DNA from: a virus | Taxonomy: Duplodnaviria; Caudoviricetes | Virus record (IMG/VR): IMGVR_UViG_2518645549_000001 | Coordinates: 1-64,000 of that record | Reading direction: 5' to 3' (one strand) | DNA: 64,000 nt | Shown: one piece after another, positions 35,171 to 44,978 of the stretch | Layout of the letters: each line of letters starts with the position of its first letter | Numbering within the stretch: position 1 is the stretch's first letter | Translations under genes and position numbers: made by a program | The notes under the pieces: generated by a model | Databases searched by the model: none | Told to the model about the DNA's origin: nothing | The model's input: the letters and a program-made list of their open reading frames with translations, nothing else

Positions 35171-36969
35171 AAGTACTTGAGAGCTTCCTGATCGCCCTAG
35201 GCATCAAGGTCGATGAGAAATCGTTCCAGAAGGCCGACGCGGCTTTCGGCGGGCTCACCAAGTCAGCGCTGCAGTTCGGCGCCGTGCTGGCAAGCAAGCT
35301 GGCCATCGACAAGGTGGTGGGCGACTTCAAGAACGCCGGCACCGAGCTGAACAACTTCAACCGACTGACCGGGCTCAGCACCCAGAATGTGCAGGCCCTG
35401 GGCCAGGCTCTGGCCGCTCAGGGTGGGAATGCGCAAGACGCCTTCGCAGCCATGCAGAAGATCCAGGACCTTATGGCATCCCCAATCACGGGAAATGTCG
35501 GCTGGTTTGGCGATGTGGCCAAGCTGGGGCTCGATCCGAACGCCATCATCGGCGCTCAGGACACGGCCGAGGCACTGGCCAACATCGCGGGTGCCTTCGA
35601 GAAAATGACGCCGCTGAATCAGCGCCTCGCCGGCCAGGCCTTGGGCTTCGACGAGAACACCATACGCCTGCTGATGAAGGGGCGCGACGAGGTCGAGAAG
35701 CAGCTGGATTCCCGCAGCAAGCTGGGGATCATGACTCAGAAGCAGGTAGAAGACGCCGCACGCCTTACCAAGGCGAACGCTGAGCTCAACCTGGTGTTCA
35801 CCGACATGGGTAACACGATCGCGGGCGAGCTGGTGCCTGCCTTTGCCGAGCTGGCTGAGGACTTCACCGCCTTCTACCGCGACAACAAGGACCTAGTGGA
35901 CTCGGGGCTTGAGGCCTTCTTCGGGACCCTGGCCAAGAACGTCGAACTGGTTTCAGCAGCCCTGATCCTTATGGGTGGCGCCAGCGCATTGAAGGGCCTT
36001 GCGGCGCTTCGGGCGCTTGTCGGCCTTGGCGGCGTAGCTGGTGCAGCCGGTGCTGCTGGCGGTTCGGCAGCGGCTACAGCTGGCGCCTCGGGCCTTGCCA
36101 TCGCGGGAGGCAGCGCGGCTGCGCTTCTGTACTCCTCCAGCCTGAACGAGGGCGAAGACAAGGAGTTAATCAACAACCGGATTAGGCGGGGCCAGTCCGA
36201 GGCAGCTGCCGCGACCATCGACTTCTTTCGCGCGAAAGGCTGGTCAGAGGATCAGGCCAAGGGAATTGCCGCCAATCTGGAGCAGGAAAGCAACTTCCAG
36301 CCAGATGCAGTCGGTGACGGCGGAAACGCCTACGGCATGGCGCAGTGGCACCCCGACCGGCAAGCCAACTTCGCCAAGTTCTCCGGCAAGGACATTCGCC
36401 AATCAACCGCGCAGGAGCAGCTGGAGTTCATCCACTACGAGCTCACGCGCGGGGGTGAGAAATCGGCCGGTGAAAAACTGAAGATGGCCACCAGCGCCCC
36501 GGAAGCTGCCGGAATCGTCTCCCAGTACTACGAGCGCCCAGCTGATACCAACGGTGAGATAACCCGCCGCGCGGCCATTGCCGAGTCATATGGCGGATCG
36601 CCAGAGCCTAAGCCAGAGGCTGCGCCTGTCATTGATCTGAGCAAGCCCGAAGAGTGGAAGAAGATCCAGGGCGAGCTGAGCAAGTCCTCGAACAATGGCC
36701 CTGGACTTATCGAGCAGCTGGAGTCATGGGCTAAGGCCCAGCGAAAGGCGCCTGAACAGTACAGCGCTAGCGACGTTGTAACGCCAGTAGCTGCCCCTGC
36801 CGCTGCGCAGGACGCGCCCGCACGGCCCGCGCAGCAGGTCCAGAACGTGGATAACCGCCAGTTCCATATCCATGGGGCCGACATTGGCAAGGTGAAGCAG
36901 GTGCTTAACGAAGAAATGGCCACGCTGATTAATCACACCTCTGAAAACTTCAAGAGTGCAGAAAAATGA
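35167..36969 (+). CDS. Tape measure protein with tail lysozyme domain
   Basis: Ala/Gly-rich helical N-half; GIAANLEQES...AYGMAQW...YYERPA. Confidence 0.85.
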   Translation: MKVLESFLIALGIKVDEKSFQKADAAFGGLTKSALQFGAVLASKLAIDKVVGDFKNAGTELNNFNRLTGLSTQNVQALGQALAAQGGNAQDAFAAMQKIQDLMASPITGNVGWFGDVAKLGLDPNAIIGAQDTAEALANIAGAFEKMTPLNQRLAGQALGFDENTIRLLMKGRDEVEKQLDSRSKLGIMTQKQVEDAARLTKANAELNLVFTDMGNTIAGELVPAFAELAEDFTAFYRDNKDLVDSGLEAFFGTLAKNVELVSAALILMGGASALKGLAALRALVGLGGVAGAAGAAGGSAAATAGASGLAIAGGSAAALLYSSSLNEGEDKELINNRIRRGQSEAAAATIDFFRAKGWSEDQAKGIAANLEQESNFQPDAVGDGGNAYGMAQWHPDRQANFAKFSGKDIRQSTAQEQLEFIHYELTRGGEKSAGEKLKMATSAPEAAGIVSQYYERPADTNGEITRRAAIAESYGGSPEPKPEAAPVIDLSKPEEWKKIQGELSKSSNNGPGLIEQLESWAKAQRKAPEQYSASDVVTPVAAPAAAQDAPARPAQQVQNVDNRQFHIHGADIGKVKQVLNEEMATLINHTSENFKSAEK

Positions 36970-37610
36970 GTATCGCCGATGGGGTCATGAGCATCTTTTC
37001 CAAAACGCTGCCCATGCTTGGCCCCATTGAGTTCGATGCCAAGCTTGAGGGTGCAACCAGCAAGTCCGTGCAGTTGACTGAATTTCCAGTTGAGTTCGGA
37101 ACTAACGGTATTGACCACGCTAGACTTCGCCCGGACCGATATCTTCTGACCGGCGCCGTTTCCAATACTCCTCTAGGGCTATCGCTGGGCGAGATAGGAG
37201 TAATGGGTGACCTTGGCGCGGCTCTTGGCGGCGCCTCCCCATCGACGAGCATTGGGGGTGCAATAGGCTCATCTGTGGCAGCCTATCTTTTAGCGGGAAG
37301 TGAAAATACCAGGGCAGCGACTGCCTGGGCTGCACTGACTGCGCTGCTCAAGTCTCGATCAAGGTTTGATCTAGTGACTGAGTACGAAACTCTGGCGAAC
37401 ATGGTTCTGATTAGACTGGATCAGCGGACCCGGCCCGATGACGAAGACGGTTTGGTTTTCGTGGCTGAATTACAGCAAGCCCCGGTCGTCAAGTCGCAGG
37501 TCACGCGCGGCGTCACCTCTGCCGAGCAGCTTCTGCAACAGGACCCTGTGGCAACCCAAGGCGCACCGATGGTTACCTCGGGCTATGCCTCGGTTGAGGT
37601 GATGCCATGA
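36966..37610 (+). CDS. Baseplate / tube initiator protein
   Basis: LTEFPVEFG...IDHA motif after TMP. Confidence 0.7.
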   Translation: MSIADGVMSIFSKTLPMLGPIEFDAKLEGATSKSVQLTEFPVEFGTNGIDHARLRPDRYLLTGAVSNTPLGLSLGEIGVMGDLGAALGGASPSTSIGGAIGSSVAAYLLAGSENTRAATAWAALTALLKSRSRFDLVTEYETLANMVLIRLDQRTRPDDEDGLVFVAELQQAPVVKSQVTRGVTSAEQLLQQDPVATQGAPMVTSGYASVEVMP

Positions 37611-37909
37611 GCCGCTACAGGGTCCAATTGCAGGCGCTCCCAGCTCAAACGTTCACCGCCCAGCTTGGTGCGAACACCCTGACGGTCGAGCTCCAATGGG
37701 CCGCTCGCCTGCAGGTGTTCCAGGTGAACATCCGGGCGGCGTCAGGCGCTCTGCTTACGGCTGGGCGGTACCTGCTGCCTGGAGTTGATCTTCTGGCCGG
37801 GCTCTACCCGCCGTCAAAGGTCGAATACGGATCGCTGACGCTGGAAGGCGCTCAGCCGACGCCGGACAACCTCGGAAAAGACAACCTCTTGGTGTGGTCG
37901 GATGAGTGA
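37607..37909 (+). CDS. Baseplate small protein
   Basis: PAQTFTAQLG...NLGKDNLLVW. Confidence 0.65.
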   Translation: MSRYRVQLQALPAQTFTAQLGANTLTVELQWAARLQVFQVNIRAASGALLTAGRYLLPGVDLLAGLYPPSKVEYGSLTLEGAQPTPDNLGKDNLLVWSDE

Positions 37910-38837
37910 AGAAATCTACCTGCGCCGGTACCGCCTGAAGCTTGGGCGTGACTCAGGCGGCCGCGTGTACGAGATGAACCCTGACGGCGACGGCCTGCGG
38001 ATCACCTTTCAGATAATTCACTTCGCCGGCAATGCCTTCAGCGTGGCCGAGATCACGATCTACAACACCTCTGCCTACTCCACCCGCCAGATGCTTGGCG
38101 ACGGTATCGCCAAGAAATACGAGTTCATCTCGCTGGAGGCTGGTTATGCCAGCACCTTCGGCAGTGTGTTCCTGGGGCAGATCACCAACGTCCAGAAAGT
38201 CATGGAGGACGGCGGATCAACAAGGGGCGTGAAGTTCTTCTGCCGCTCGCAGGCCAAGGAGCGGGACGAGCGGATCATCAACCTGACCCTTTCGCCTGAA
38301 ACCGACCCCGTCCAGATCATCGAGGAGTGTGCGCAGCGTTTCGGCGGAGAGATTCAGTTTTTCGGTGATTTCGCAGACCTCAAGCGCAGGTCAGGCGGCA
38401 CCGTGCTTCAAGGCAGCCCTGTCGCCTGCATGAACGAACTGGCCGGCACCTGGGAGTTCGATTGGATGATCGAGAACGGCGCCACCAAGATCATCAAGAA
38501 AGGCTTCGCCATGCCCAACGAGGTGTTCGTCATAAACGCAGCCAGCGGAATGATCGGCTCCCCGGTGGTGACCGACACAGAGGTGGGAATCAGGTGCGCG
38601 CTCAACCCCAAGCTCAAGCTGGGCAACACAATCAAGCTCGAATCCATGGCCCCGCAGTTTGAATTCTCCGGGGCTTTTTTCTATGAGGTCCCACGCACCA
38701 TCGGCGAGGGCTTCTACCGAATCAACTCCCTGGCCATCCTCGGTGACTCACACGGCGACGAGTGGGAAACCCAGATCAGCTGCTTGCGGCTGGACACCAT
38801 GGCCCAGGCCGGCATATCCGAAAGGGCTACCCGATGA
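37902..38837 (+). CDS. Baseplate hub protein
   Basis: AEITIYN, LEAGY, SGMIGSP, GDSHGDEW. Confidence 0.75.
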   Translation: MSEEIYLRRYRLKLGRDSGGRVYEMNPDGDGLRITFQIIHFAGNAFSVAEITIYNTSAYSTRQMLGDGIAKKYEFISLEAGYASTFGSVFLGQITNVQKVMEDGGSTRGVKFFCRSQAKERDERIINLTLSPETDPVQIIEECAQRFGGEIQFFGDFADLKRRSGGTVLQGSPVACMNELAGTWEFDWMIENGATKIIKKGFAMPNEVFVINAASGMIGSPVVTDTEVGIRCALNPKLKLGNTIKLESMAPQFEFSGAFFYEVPRTIGEGFYRINSLAILGDSHGDEWETQISCLRLDTMAQAGISERATR

Positions 38838-39520
38838 GCGACCCGTTAGCATCCCGCACGCGGGAGCAGTTCGCGAAGATGCTGCGCGATATCTTCGGCG
38901 AGTACCTCAAGGACAACGTTCGCACCAGCGTCCCCGGCCACGTCCTGAGCTTCGACCCGGCCAACCAGCTGGCCGAGGTGCAGATCGGGCTGATGATCGA
39001 GGACAGACAAGGCAACGCAGAGGCCCGCCGCCCCATCGTCCGGGTGCCAGTGCAGTTCTGGGGAGCCTCTGGCGGCACGCTAGAGTGCCGAGTCTCCCAA
39101 GGCACCGAGGGCTCCATCATGTTCTCGCAGGAGTGCATCGACTCCTGGGTAGATCAGGGCGGCGTGGCTGCCAAGTCCGAGCCGCGGCGCTTCTCCATCA
39201 ACGACGCCTACTTCATGCCTGGTGTCCGATCTGTACCGGGGGCGATCAAAGATTTCGCCAATGACGGCATCCGGCTTCGAAACAACAGCGGGTCGATGTA
39301 CGCCTGGCTGAAGGATGACACGTCAATTTCACTGAGCAACGGCGCCGGGTTCATCACCATCGGTGCCGACGGCACGGTGAATATCAACGGTGTGACCATC
39401 AGCCCAGCAAGCCTCGTTACGACCCCGAACGACGTTGTAGCGGGCGAGATCAGCCTCAGGCTGCATCGGACCTCTGGCGTCCAGCAAGGCACGCAGATCA
39501 GTGGAGTACCCGTCCCATGA
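38834..39520 (+). CDS. Gp138-like baseplate spike
   Basis: TSVPGHVLSFDP, VPVQF, RRFSINDA, C-terminal LHRTSGV. Confidence 0.8.
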   Translation: MSDPLASRTREQFAKMLRDIFGEYLKDNVRTSVPGHVLSFDPANQLAEVQIGLMIEDRQGNAEARRPIVRVPVQFWGASGGTLECRVSQGTEGSIMFSQECIDSWVDQGGVAAKSEPRRFSINDAYFMPGVRSVPGAIKDFANDGIRLRNNSGSMYAWLKDDTSISLSNGAGFITIGADGTVNINGVTISPASLVTTPNDVVAGEISLRLHRTSGVQQGTQISGVPVP

Positions 39521-39882
39521 CCGTGCGCAAGCTAGACGCCAACGGCGACTTGGCCATGGGTCAGGACAAGCTGCTGACCGGCTACTCAGCCGAAGAGGTA
39601 GCTCAGAACGTCCGTACCCGGCTCAAGCTCTTCCTGGGCGAGTGGTTCCTGAATACGGCGGACGGCACCGACTGGTTCGGCGGCGTGCTAGGCAAAGGCT
39701 CGCGCCTGGCCACCCGAGAATCGATCATCCGCCGCCGCATCCTGCTCACACCTGGCTGCGTCGGTATGACGGCCTTCAGCGTCACCTCGGATGCAGTAAC
39801 CCGCCAACTCACCGTGGCCGCGACCATCATCAGCGCCTCAGGCGAGAGCGCCGACATCAACTTCGTACAGGCAATCGTCTAA
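39517..39882 (+). CDS. Baseplate wedge (gpW/gp46-like)
   Basis: VAQNVRTRLKLFLGEWFLNTADGTDW. Confidence 0.75.
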   Translation: MTVRKLDANGDLAMGQDKLLTGYSAEEVAQNVRTRLKLFLGEWFLNTADGTDWFGGVLGKGSRLATRESIIRRRILLTPGCVGMTAFSVTSDAVTRQLTVAATIISASGESADINFVQAIV

Positions 39883-41141
39883 TGGCCGAAATCAATGACC
39901 AGGGCATCACGGGCACTTCGCTGAATGAGTACTTGGCCGACCTGCAGACCCGGACGCTCGCGATAGACCCGGATTGGAACCTTGACCCTGATACGCCGGA
40001 TGGCGAAAAGCTCGGTATCGACGCCGAGATGCTGGCCAACCTGGACGAAGGCATCGTGGCCGCCTACCGGGCCAAGGACCCGGACAGCGCGACGGGTGAG
40101 GCCTTGCGCAACATCGGCAAGATCTCCGGCGTTGCCATCCGCGATGCAACCTACTCGGTCGCGCCGATCACCATTACCGGCCCGGCCGGAACCGTTCTGC
40201 CGGCAAACTCGCAGATTCGCAGCAAGGTCGACAACACACTCTGGCTGACCACCGCTGCGATCGTGATCGGTGTCTCGCAGAGCGCCACCGGCTTCGCTAC
40301 CTGTGTTACTCCCGGTCGCGTGCTGGCTGCAGCCGGAGAGCTGACAGTGATCGGCACCCCATACCCTGGTTGGTCATCGGTGACCAATGCCGCCGCCGCC
40401 CCGGGCGAAGATGCTGAATCGGACGTTGAATTCCGTGCCCGGAGAAACAATTCGGTGTCGCTGCCTGGCAGCAACATGAAGGACAACATGAAGGCCGCCA
40501 TCGCTAATGTTCCTGGTGTAACGGCTGTAGAAGTCCTGGAGAACAACAGCGATGAGCCGGTCGACCCGGACGGCATTCCTTACACAGCCATCGCGGTCAT
40601 CGTGAACGGCGGTACCGACCAGGGTATCGGCCAGGCCATGTATTCGAAGTACAATCCTGGCACCCCGATGTACCCGCGCTACAGCACCAAGACCGATACC
40701 TGGGTGGACCCGCCAGGCACGACAGGCGCCAAAGTCCAGATCACTTCGCCCGCAACGGGCAACATCGAGACGATGACCTTTCAGCGTGCAGTGGCCCTAC
40801 CGATCTACGTTACGGTCGCGGTGCAGCGCAAGGGAAACCTGCCAAGCGACATTGAGCAGCGGATCAAGGACGCCATCGTCGAGGATTCGACCAAGAAGCT
40901 GTTCTCCGATGACCAGGTGAAGGGCTTCAACCAGGGCGGCTATGACATTGGCGAGGTGGTGCCCGTTGGGCGCCTGTACACCCCAGTAAACAAGGTGCTG
41001 GGCCAGTACGGCGACAGCTACATCACCAGTTTGACCATCGGCTTGAGCGCCGGCAGTCAGGGTGTAACGCCCATCCAGCCGGGTATAGCAGAGCTGGCCA
41101 CCTTCGACCCTGACAACATCACGGTATCGGTGCCGCTATGA
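39882..41141 (+). CDS. Baseplate J/gp47 protein
   Basis: DSATGEAL, GEDAESDVEFRAR, NVPGV. Confidence 0.85.
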   Translation: MAEINDQGITGTSLNEYLADLQTRTLAIDPDWNLDPDTPDGEKLGIDAEMLANLDEGIVAAYRAKDPDSATGEALRNIGKISGVAIRDATYSVAPITITGPAGTVLPANSQIRSKVDNTLWLTTAAIVIGVSQSATGFATCVTPGRVLAAAGELTVIGTPYPGWSSVTNAAAAPGEDAESDVEFRARRNNSVSLPGSNMKDNMKAAIANVPGVTAVEVLENNSDEPVDPDGIPYTAIAVIVNGGTDQGIGQAMYSKYNPGTPMYPRYSTKTDTWVDPPGTTGAKVQITSPATGNIETMTFQRAVALPIYVTVAVQRKGNLPSDIEQRIKDAIVEDSTKKLFSDDQVKGFNQGGYDIGEVVPVGRLYTPVNKVLGQYGDSYITSLTIGLSAGSQGVTPIQPGIAELATFDPDNITVSVPL

Positions 41142-41797
41142 AAATGGACCACGTAGCGCGCGCCAAGAAGCGGATCATCAACCAGTACCGCGGCAAGCAG
41201 CGTATGACTCGCTGGCTCACGCTGACGCCGACCATAGCCAATGAGAAGCTTGAGCAGCCGATAAGCCAGATCTACTCGGCCTACGACGTCGACACCGTCA
41301 CCGGTGAGGATCTGGACGTCATTGGCCGGATCGTCGGAGTGCCCCGGCCAATACTGCGCGGCGCAGCCTACGACGTCTTCGGCTACGCCGGGAACGACAA
41401 CTACACCAACTACAACGTCGCGCCCTACATCGGCGACGGCGCTGCGGTGGACGCTCCGCTGAACAATGATCTCTACCGCAAGCTGATCAAAGCGAAGATC
41501 GCCCGCAACGTCAGCGACGGGACAAGCGACAGCATCATCAAGCTGCTGGAAGGTGTTATAGGCGTCAAGGTCACCGCCCTGAACAGTAATGGCGATAGCT
41601 CCTTCGACATTGGCATCGCCTCGGAGCTCGACAACACCACACAGTTCCTGCTGGAAAACTTCGACCTTATCCCAAGGCCGCAGGGCAAACGAATCGGCCA
41701 GATCTACATCCTGCCGACCAACATCGGCGAGATCGAGCGCACATCCAGCCTGATCTTCAACTATGCCAACTTCACCCTGCCTGGAGACGTTTCCTGA
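41138..41797 (+). CDS. DUF2612 baseplate protein
   Basis: IINQY, GEDLDVIGRIVGVPR, YRKLIKAKIARN. Confidence 0.8.
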   Translation: MKMDHVARAKKRIINQYRGKQRMTRWLTLTPTIANEKLEQPISQIYSAYDVDTVTGEDLDVIGRIVGVPRPILRGAAYDVFGYAGNDNYTNYNVAPYIGDGAAVDAPLNNDLYRKLIKAKIARNVSDGTSDSIIKLLEGVIGVKVTALNSNGDSSFDIGIASELDNTTQFLLENFDLIPRPQGKRIGQIYILPTNIGEIERTSSLIFNYANFTLPGDVS

Positions 41798-42672
41798 TGG
41801 CACGAGAGGCTTTCAATACGCGATGGGCGCAAGGCGTCGAGACCCAGGACAACGACAACACCTTCAAGGTGCCCGACAACACCAGGCAGAATACTGGATG
41901 GGAAGGCGGCCAGGACAAGGACGCGCCTCGTGCTGGCCAGGAGAACTGGTGGCACAACCGGGTCGATTCTGCCCTGCAGGACCTGGAACGACGCGGTGTA
42001 ATGGCCTACCACCCTCAGGCGGTGTATTCCTCCGGAGCGCCGTGTTACACGCCTGAAGACGGGTTGTTCTACGAGTCGATAGCAAACGCCAATACAGGCA
42101 ATGCGCCGGCCAGCAGCCCGACGTTCTGGCGATTGATAGGGACAAGCCTCTATTCGTCGTTCAGTGTGGGCGAATACAAGGATGTTGCTCACAACGGTTC
42201 GCCCGACCCCGGCTGGCTGAAGTGCACCGGAACCACTTTGAGCCGTGCCGCCTATCCAAAGCTGTTCGCGGTAATTGGCACCAGATTCAATACCGGCGGC
42301 GAATCTAGCCTTGAATTCAGGCTGCCAGATTGGCGCGGGATGTTCCCTCGGTGCCTTGATGACGGGAGAGGGGTTGATACCGGGCGAACAATGGATGGCG
42401 TGCCGCAGCCCAGTCAAAACTTGGCGCACGGACACAGCGGCTCAGCATCCAGCACGGGGCAGCACAATCATACCCTTGCCCTTCTGCGGGACCGAGCAGG
42501 AACATTAAGCGAGAACAACGCAGTTTATGGTGATGAAAACTATTTCGGTCAAGACACCAAAACTACGTCGAACGCGGGCAACCACACCCACACCATCAGC
42601 ATCGGCTCCAGTGGTGGCACTGAAGCACGATCGGTGAACCTGACCCAGGTACGTTGGATTCGCTATCTATGA
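41797..42672 (+). CDS. Tail fibre with collar domain
   Basis: GWLKCTG..LSRAAYPKLFAVIG, FRLPDWRGMFPR, His-x-His motifs. Confidence 0.85.
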   Translation: MAREAFNTRWAQGVETQDNDNTFKVPDNTRQNTGWEGGQDKDAPRAGQENWWHNRVDSALQDLERRGVMAYHPQAVYSSGAPCYTPEDGLFYESIANANTGNAPASSPTFWRLIGTSLYSSFSVGEYKDVAHNGSPDPGWLKCTGTTLSRAAYPKLFAVIGTRFNTGGESSLEFRLPDWRGMFPRCLDDGRGVDTGRTMDGVPQPSQNLAHGHSGSASSTGQHNHTLALLRDRAGTLSENNAVYGDENYFGQDTKTTSNAGNHTHTISIGSSGGTEARSVNLTQVRWIRYL

Positions 42673-42860
42673 ACCAGAAAACCGTCTACCAGTACGACGC
42701 CAACGGCTTCTATGTCGGAGAGGCCATTGCCGAACGTGACCCTCAAGTCCCCGGGAACTGGCTACTTCCTGCCGGCTGCACAGAGACAAAACCTCCGATT
42801 TTCACAGCCGGCAGGCTGCCGAAGTGGGTCGGCTACAAGTGGAAATTGATCAGCCCGTAG
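42669..42860 (+). CDS. Small tail fibre assembly protein
   Basis: VYQYDANGFYVG...WLLPAGCTETKPP. Confidence 0.7.
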   Translation: MNQKTVYQYDANGFYVGEAIAERDPQVPGNWLLPAGCTETKPPIFTAGRLPKWVGYKWKLISP

Positions 42861-42867
42861 GTGACAT

Positions 42868-43311
42868 ATGGAACGCAAGGCCAAGAGACGCTTCACCGAC
42901 AAGATGGAGCTCTTCTGCCTCGCCTATGTCGAGACCGGCAACGCCTCCGAGGCGTACCGCAGGTCCTACAACACCACGAACATGGCTGAGAAGACAGCCC
43001 AGCGCGAGGGCTACAACACCCTCCAGAAGCCGCAGGTGCAGGCCCGGATCGAAGAGTTAAGGAATCAGGTCATGGATCGCCATGAAATCACCGTCGACAC
43101 GCTGCTACTCGAGCTTGAGCAGGCGCGGAGACTGGCCCTGGAGACCAAGAAAGCTGCGGCTGCTGTCACCGCCACCATGGGCAAGGCCAAGCTTCTGGGG
43201 CTGGACAAGCAGATCGTCGAACTGACCGGCAAGGGTGGCGCGCCGATCGAGACCCAGTCCACGATCAAGGTCGATCAGGAAGCGCTGGACGCGGTCCTGG
43301 GCTGCCTATGA
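42868..43311 (+). CDS. terS: Terminase small subunit
   Basis: TDKMELFCLAYVETGNASEAYRRSY, LQKPQVQARI, ELTGKGGAPI. Confidence 0.9.
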   Translation: MERKAKRRFTDKMELFCLAYVETGNASEAYRRSYNTTNMAEKTAQREGYNTLQKPQVQARIEELRNQVMDRHEITVDTLLLELEQARRLALETKKAAAAVTATMGKAKLLGLDKQIVELTGKGGAPIETQSTIKVDQEALDAVLGCL

Positions 43312-44921
43312 ATGACCTGCTCGACTGGGAGGCAATGAGCAGCGCAGAAAGGCAGGCAGCAAGGCTCATCAGCGAGCATTCGCCGCTGTCGTTCATGCGC
43401 GTTTGGTTCCAACTCAACCAGGGCATGAAGTTCCTCTGCAACTGGCATCACCGATACATGGATCACACGGCCCTGCAGGTTCTCCAGGGCAAACTCAAGA
43501 ACGTCGTCTTCAACATGCCACCCGGCGGTACCAAGACCGAATACTGGTCGATCCATCTGCCGGCCTACGTAATGACGAAGTACGACCGTACTCGAAACCT
43601 CAGCGTCTCTTACTCGAAGGCACTGGTGGAAGAGAACTCCAACCGGATCAAGTCGATTGTCGAGAGCAGTGAATACCAGGATCTCTGGCCCTGCTCGCTG
43701 GGCAAGGCCGACGTGGCCAACTGGATCATCTGTGACGAAGACGGTCGCAACAAGCACCAGATGTTCAGCCGCTCAACGGGCGGGCAGATCACCGGCGTGC
43801 GGGGCGGCTACATCTCCGAGGGATTCTCGGGCTTCATCAACCTGGACGACCCGGAGAAGGCCGACAGCGCGTTTTCGGCGACCATGCGGGCCAAGGCCCA
43901 GCGCATCGTCACAAACACGCTGCGCAGCCGCCGCGCATCGCCTGACACGCCTGTCATCTGCACTCAGCAGCGCCTGCACACCGACGATGTGTCGGGCTTT
44001 CTGCTCAAGGGCGGCATGGGCCTGGACTTTGCGCATATCAAGGTTCCTGCCCTGGTGACCCGCGACTACATCGCCAGCCTGCCGCCTGAGATCAGGGAGC
44101 ACGCAGAGCGCGATGTCTTCTGTGGCCCGTCCGTGATACGCGGCGGGGTGGAGTACTGGTCCTACTGGCCGGCCAAGGAATCGGTCCACGACCTGATGGC
44201 GCTGTGGGACAAGGACGCGTACACCATGGTCAGCCAGTACCAGCAGGAACCGGTAGCGCTCACTGGCGGCATGATCGACGCGGACTGGTTCAAGACTTAC
44301 GAGCAGCTGCCGTTCCTCGTCTGGCGCGGTGTTTACGTGGACACCGCCCAAAAGACGGACGAACAGCACGACTTCTCAGTCTTCGCCCACTGCGGCCTGG
44401 GTATCGACGGAAACCTCTACATCATCGAGATCGTGCGCGGCAAGTGGGATGCAGGCGACCTTGAAGCAGAGGCCCTGAGAGTCTGGGCGCGCTGGAAGCC
44501 CTGGGATCAGTTCCGGCCTGCAGCTCTGCGTTACATGCGCGTCGAGGACAAGTCCAGCGGAACCGGCCTGATCCAGACCATCAGCAAAAAGGGCTCCATC
44601 CAGATCGAGCCGCAACCACGCGGACCAGCCTCCAACAAGGTCACCCGCTGTATGGACGCCGTCCCGTGGTTCAAGTCTGGTCGAGTGTTCGTTCCGGCCA
44701 TCTACGACGAGCAGGGCCGGCCTATCACGCACGTTAAAGATCACAGAGGCGAGGCCTTGGGCACCACTGAGTGGGTAACGACCTTCCTCACCGAGGCTGC
44801 AGCTTTCACAGCTGACGACACGCACGACCACGACGACCAGGTAGACACCATCTTCGACGCCGTCGCCGACATGCTCATCAACAACACCGGCAGCTTCTTC
44901 TCCAGCGGCTGGATCTCGTAA
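43308..44921 (+). CDS. terL: Terminase large subunit
   Basis: NWHH, NMPPGGTKT (Walker A variant), LDDP, QRLH, YQQEP, VDTA, VEDKSSG, HDDQVD. Confidence 0.92.
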   Translation: MNDLLDWEAMSSAERQAARLISEHSPLSFMRVWFQLNQGMKFLCNWHHRYMDHTALQVLQGKLKNVVFNMPPGGTKTEYWSIHLPAYVMTKYDRTRNLSVSYSKALVEENSNRIKSIVESSEYQDLWPCSLGKADVANWIICDEDGRNKHQMFSRSTGGQITGVRGGYISEGFSGFINLDDPEKADSAFSATMRAKAQRIVTNTLRSRRASPDTPVICTQQRLHTDDVSGFLLKGGMGLDFAHIKVPALVTRDYIASLPPEIREHAERDVFCGPSVIRGGVEYWSYWPAKESVHDLMALWDKDAYTMVSQYQQEPVALTGGMIDADWFKTYEQLPFLVWRGVYVDTAQKTDEQHDFSVFAHCGLGIDGNLYIIEIVRGKWDAGDLEAEALRVWARWKPWDQFRPAALRYMRVEDKSSGTGLIQTISKKGSIQIEPQPRGPASNKVTRCMDAVPWFKSGRVFVPAIYDEQGRPITHVKDHRGEALGTTEWVTTFLTEAAAFTADDTHDHDDQVDTIFDAVADMLINNTGSFFSSGWIS

Positions 44922-44978
44922 TCCCCGATTCGCTGACCGCGCCTGGCGCGCTCTCCAAACTCGCCCAAAGGAAATGAC

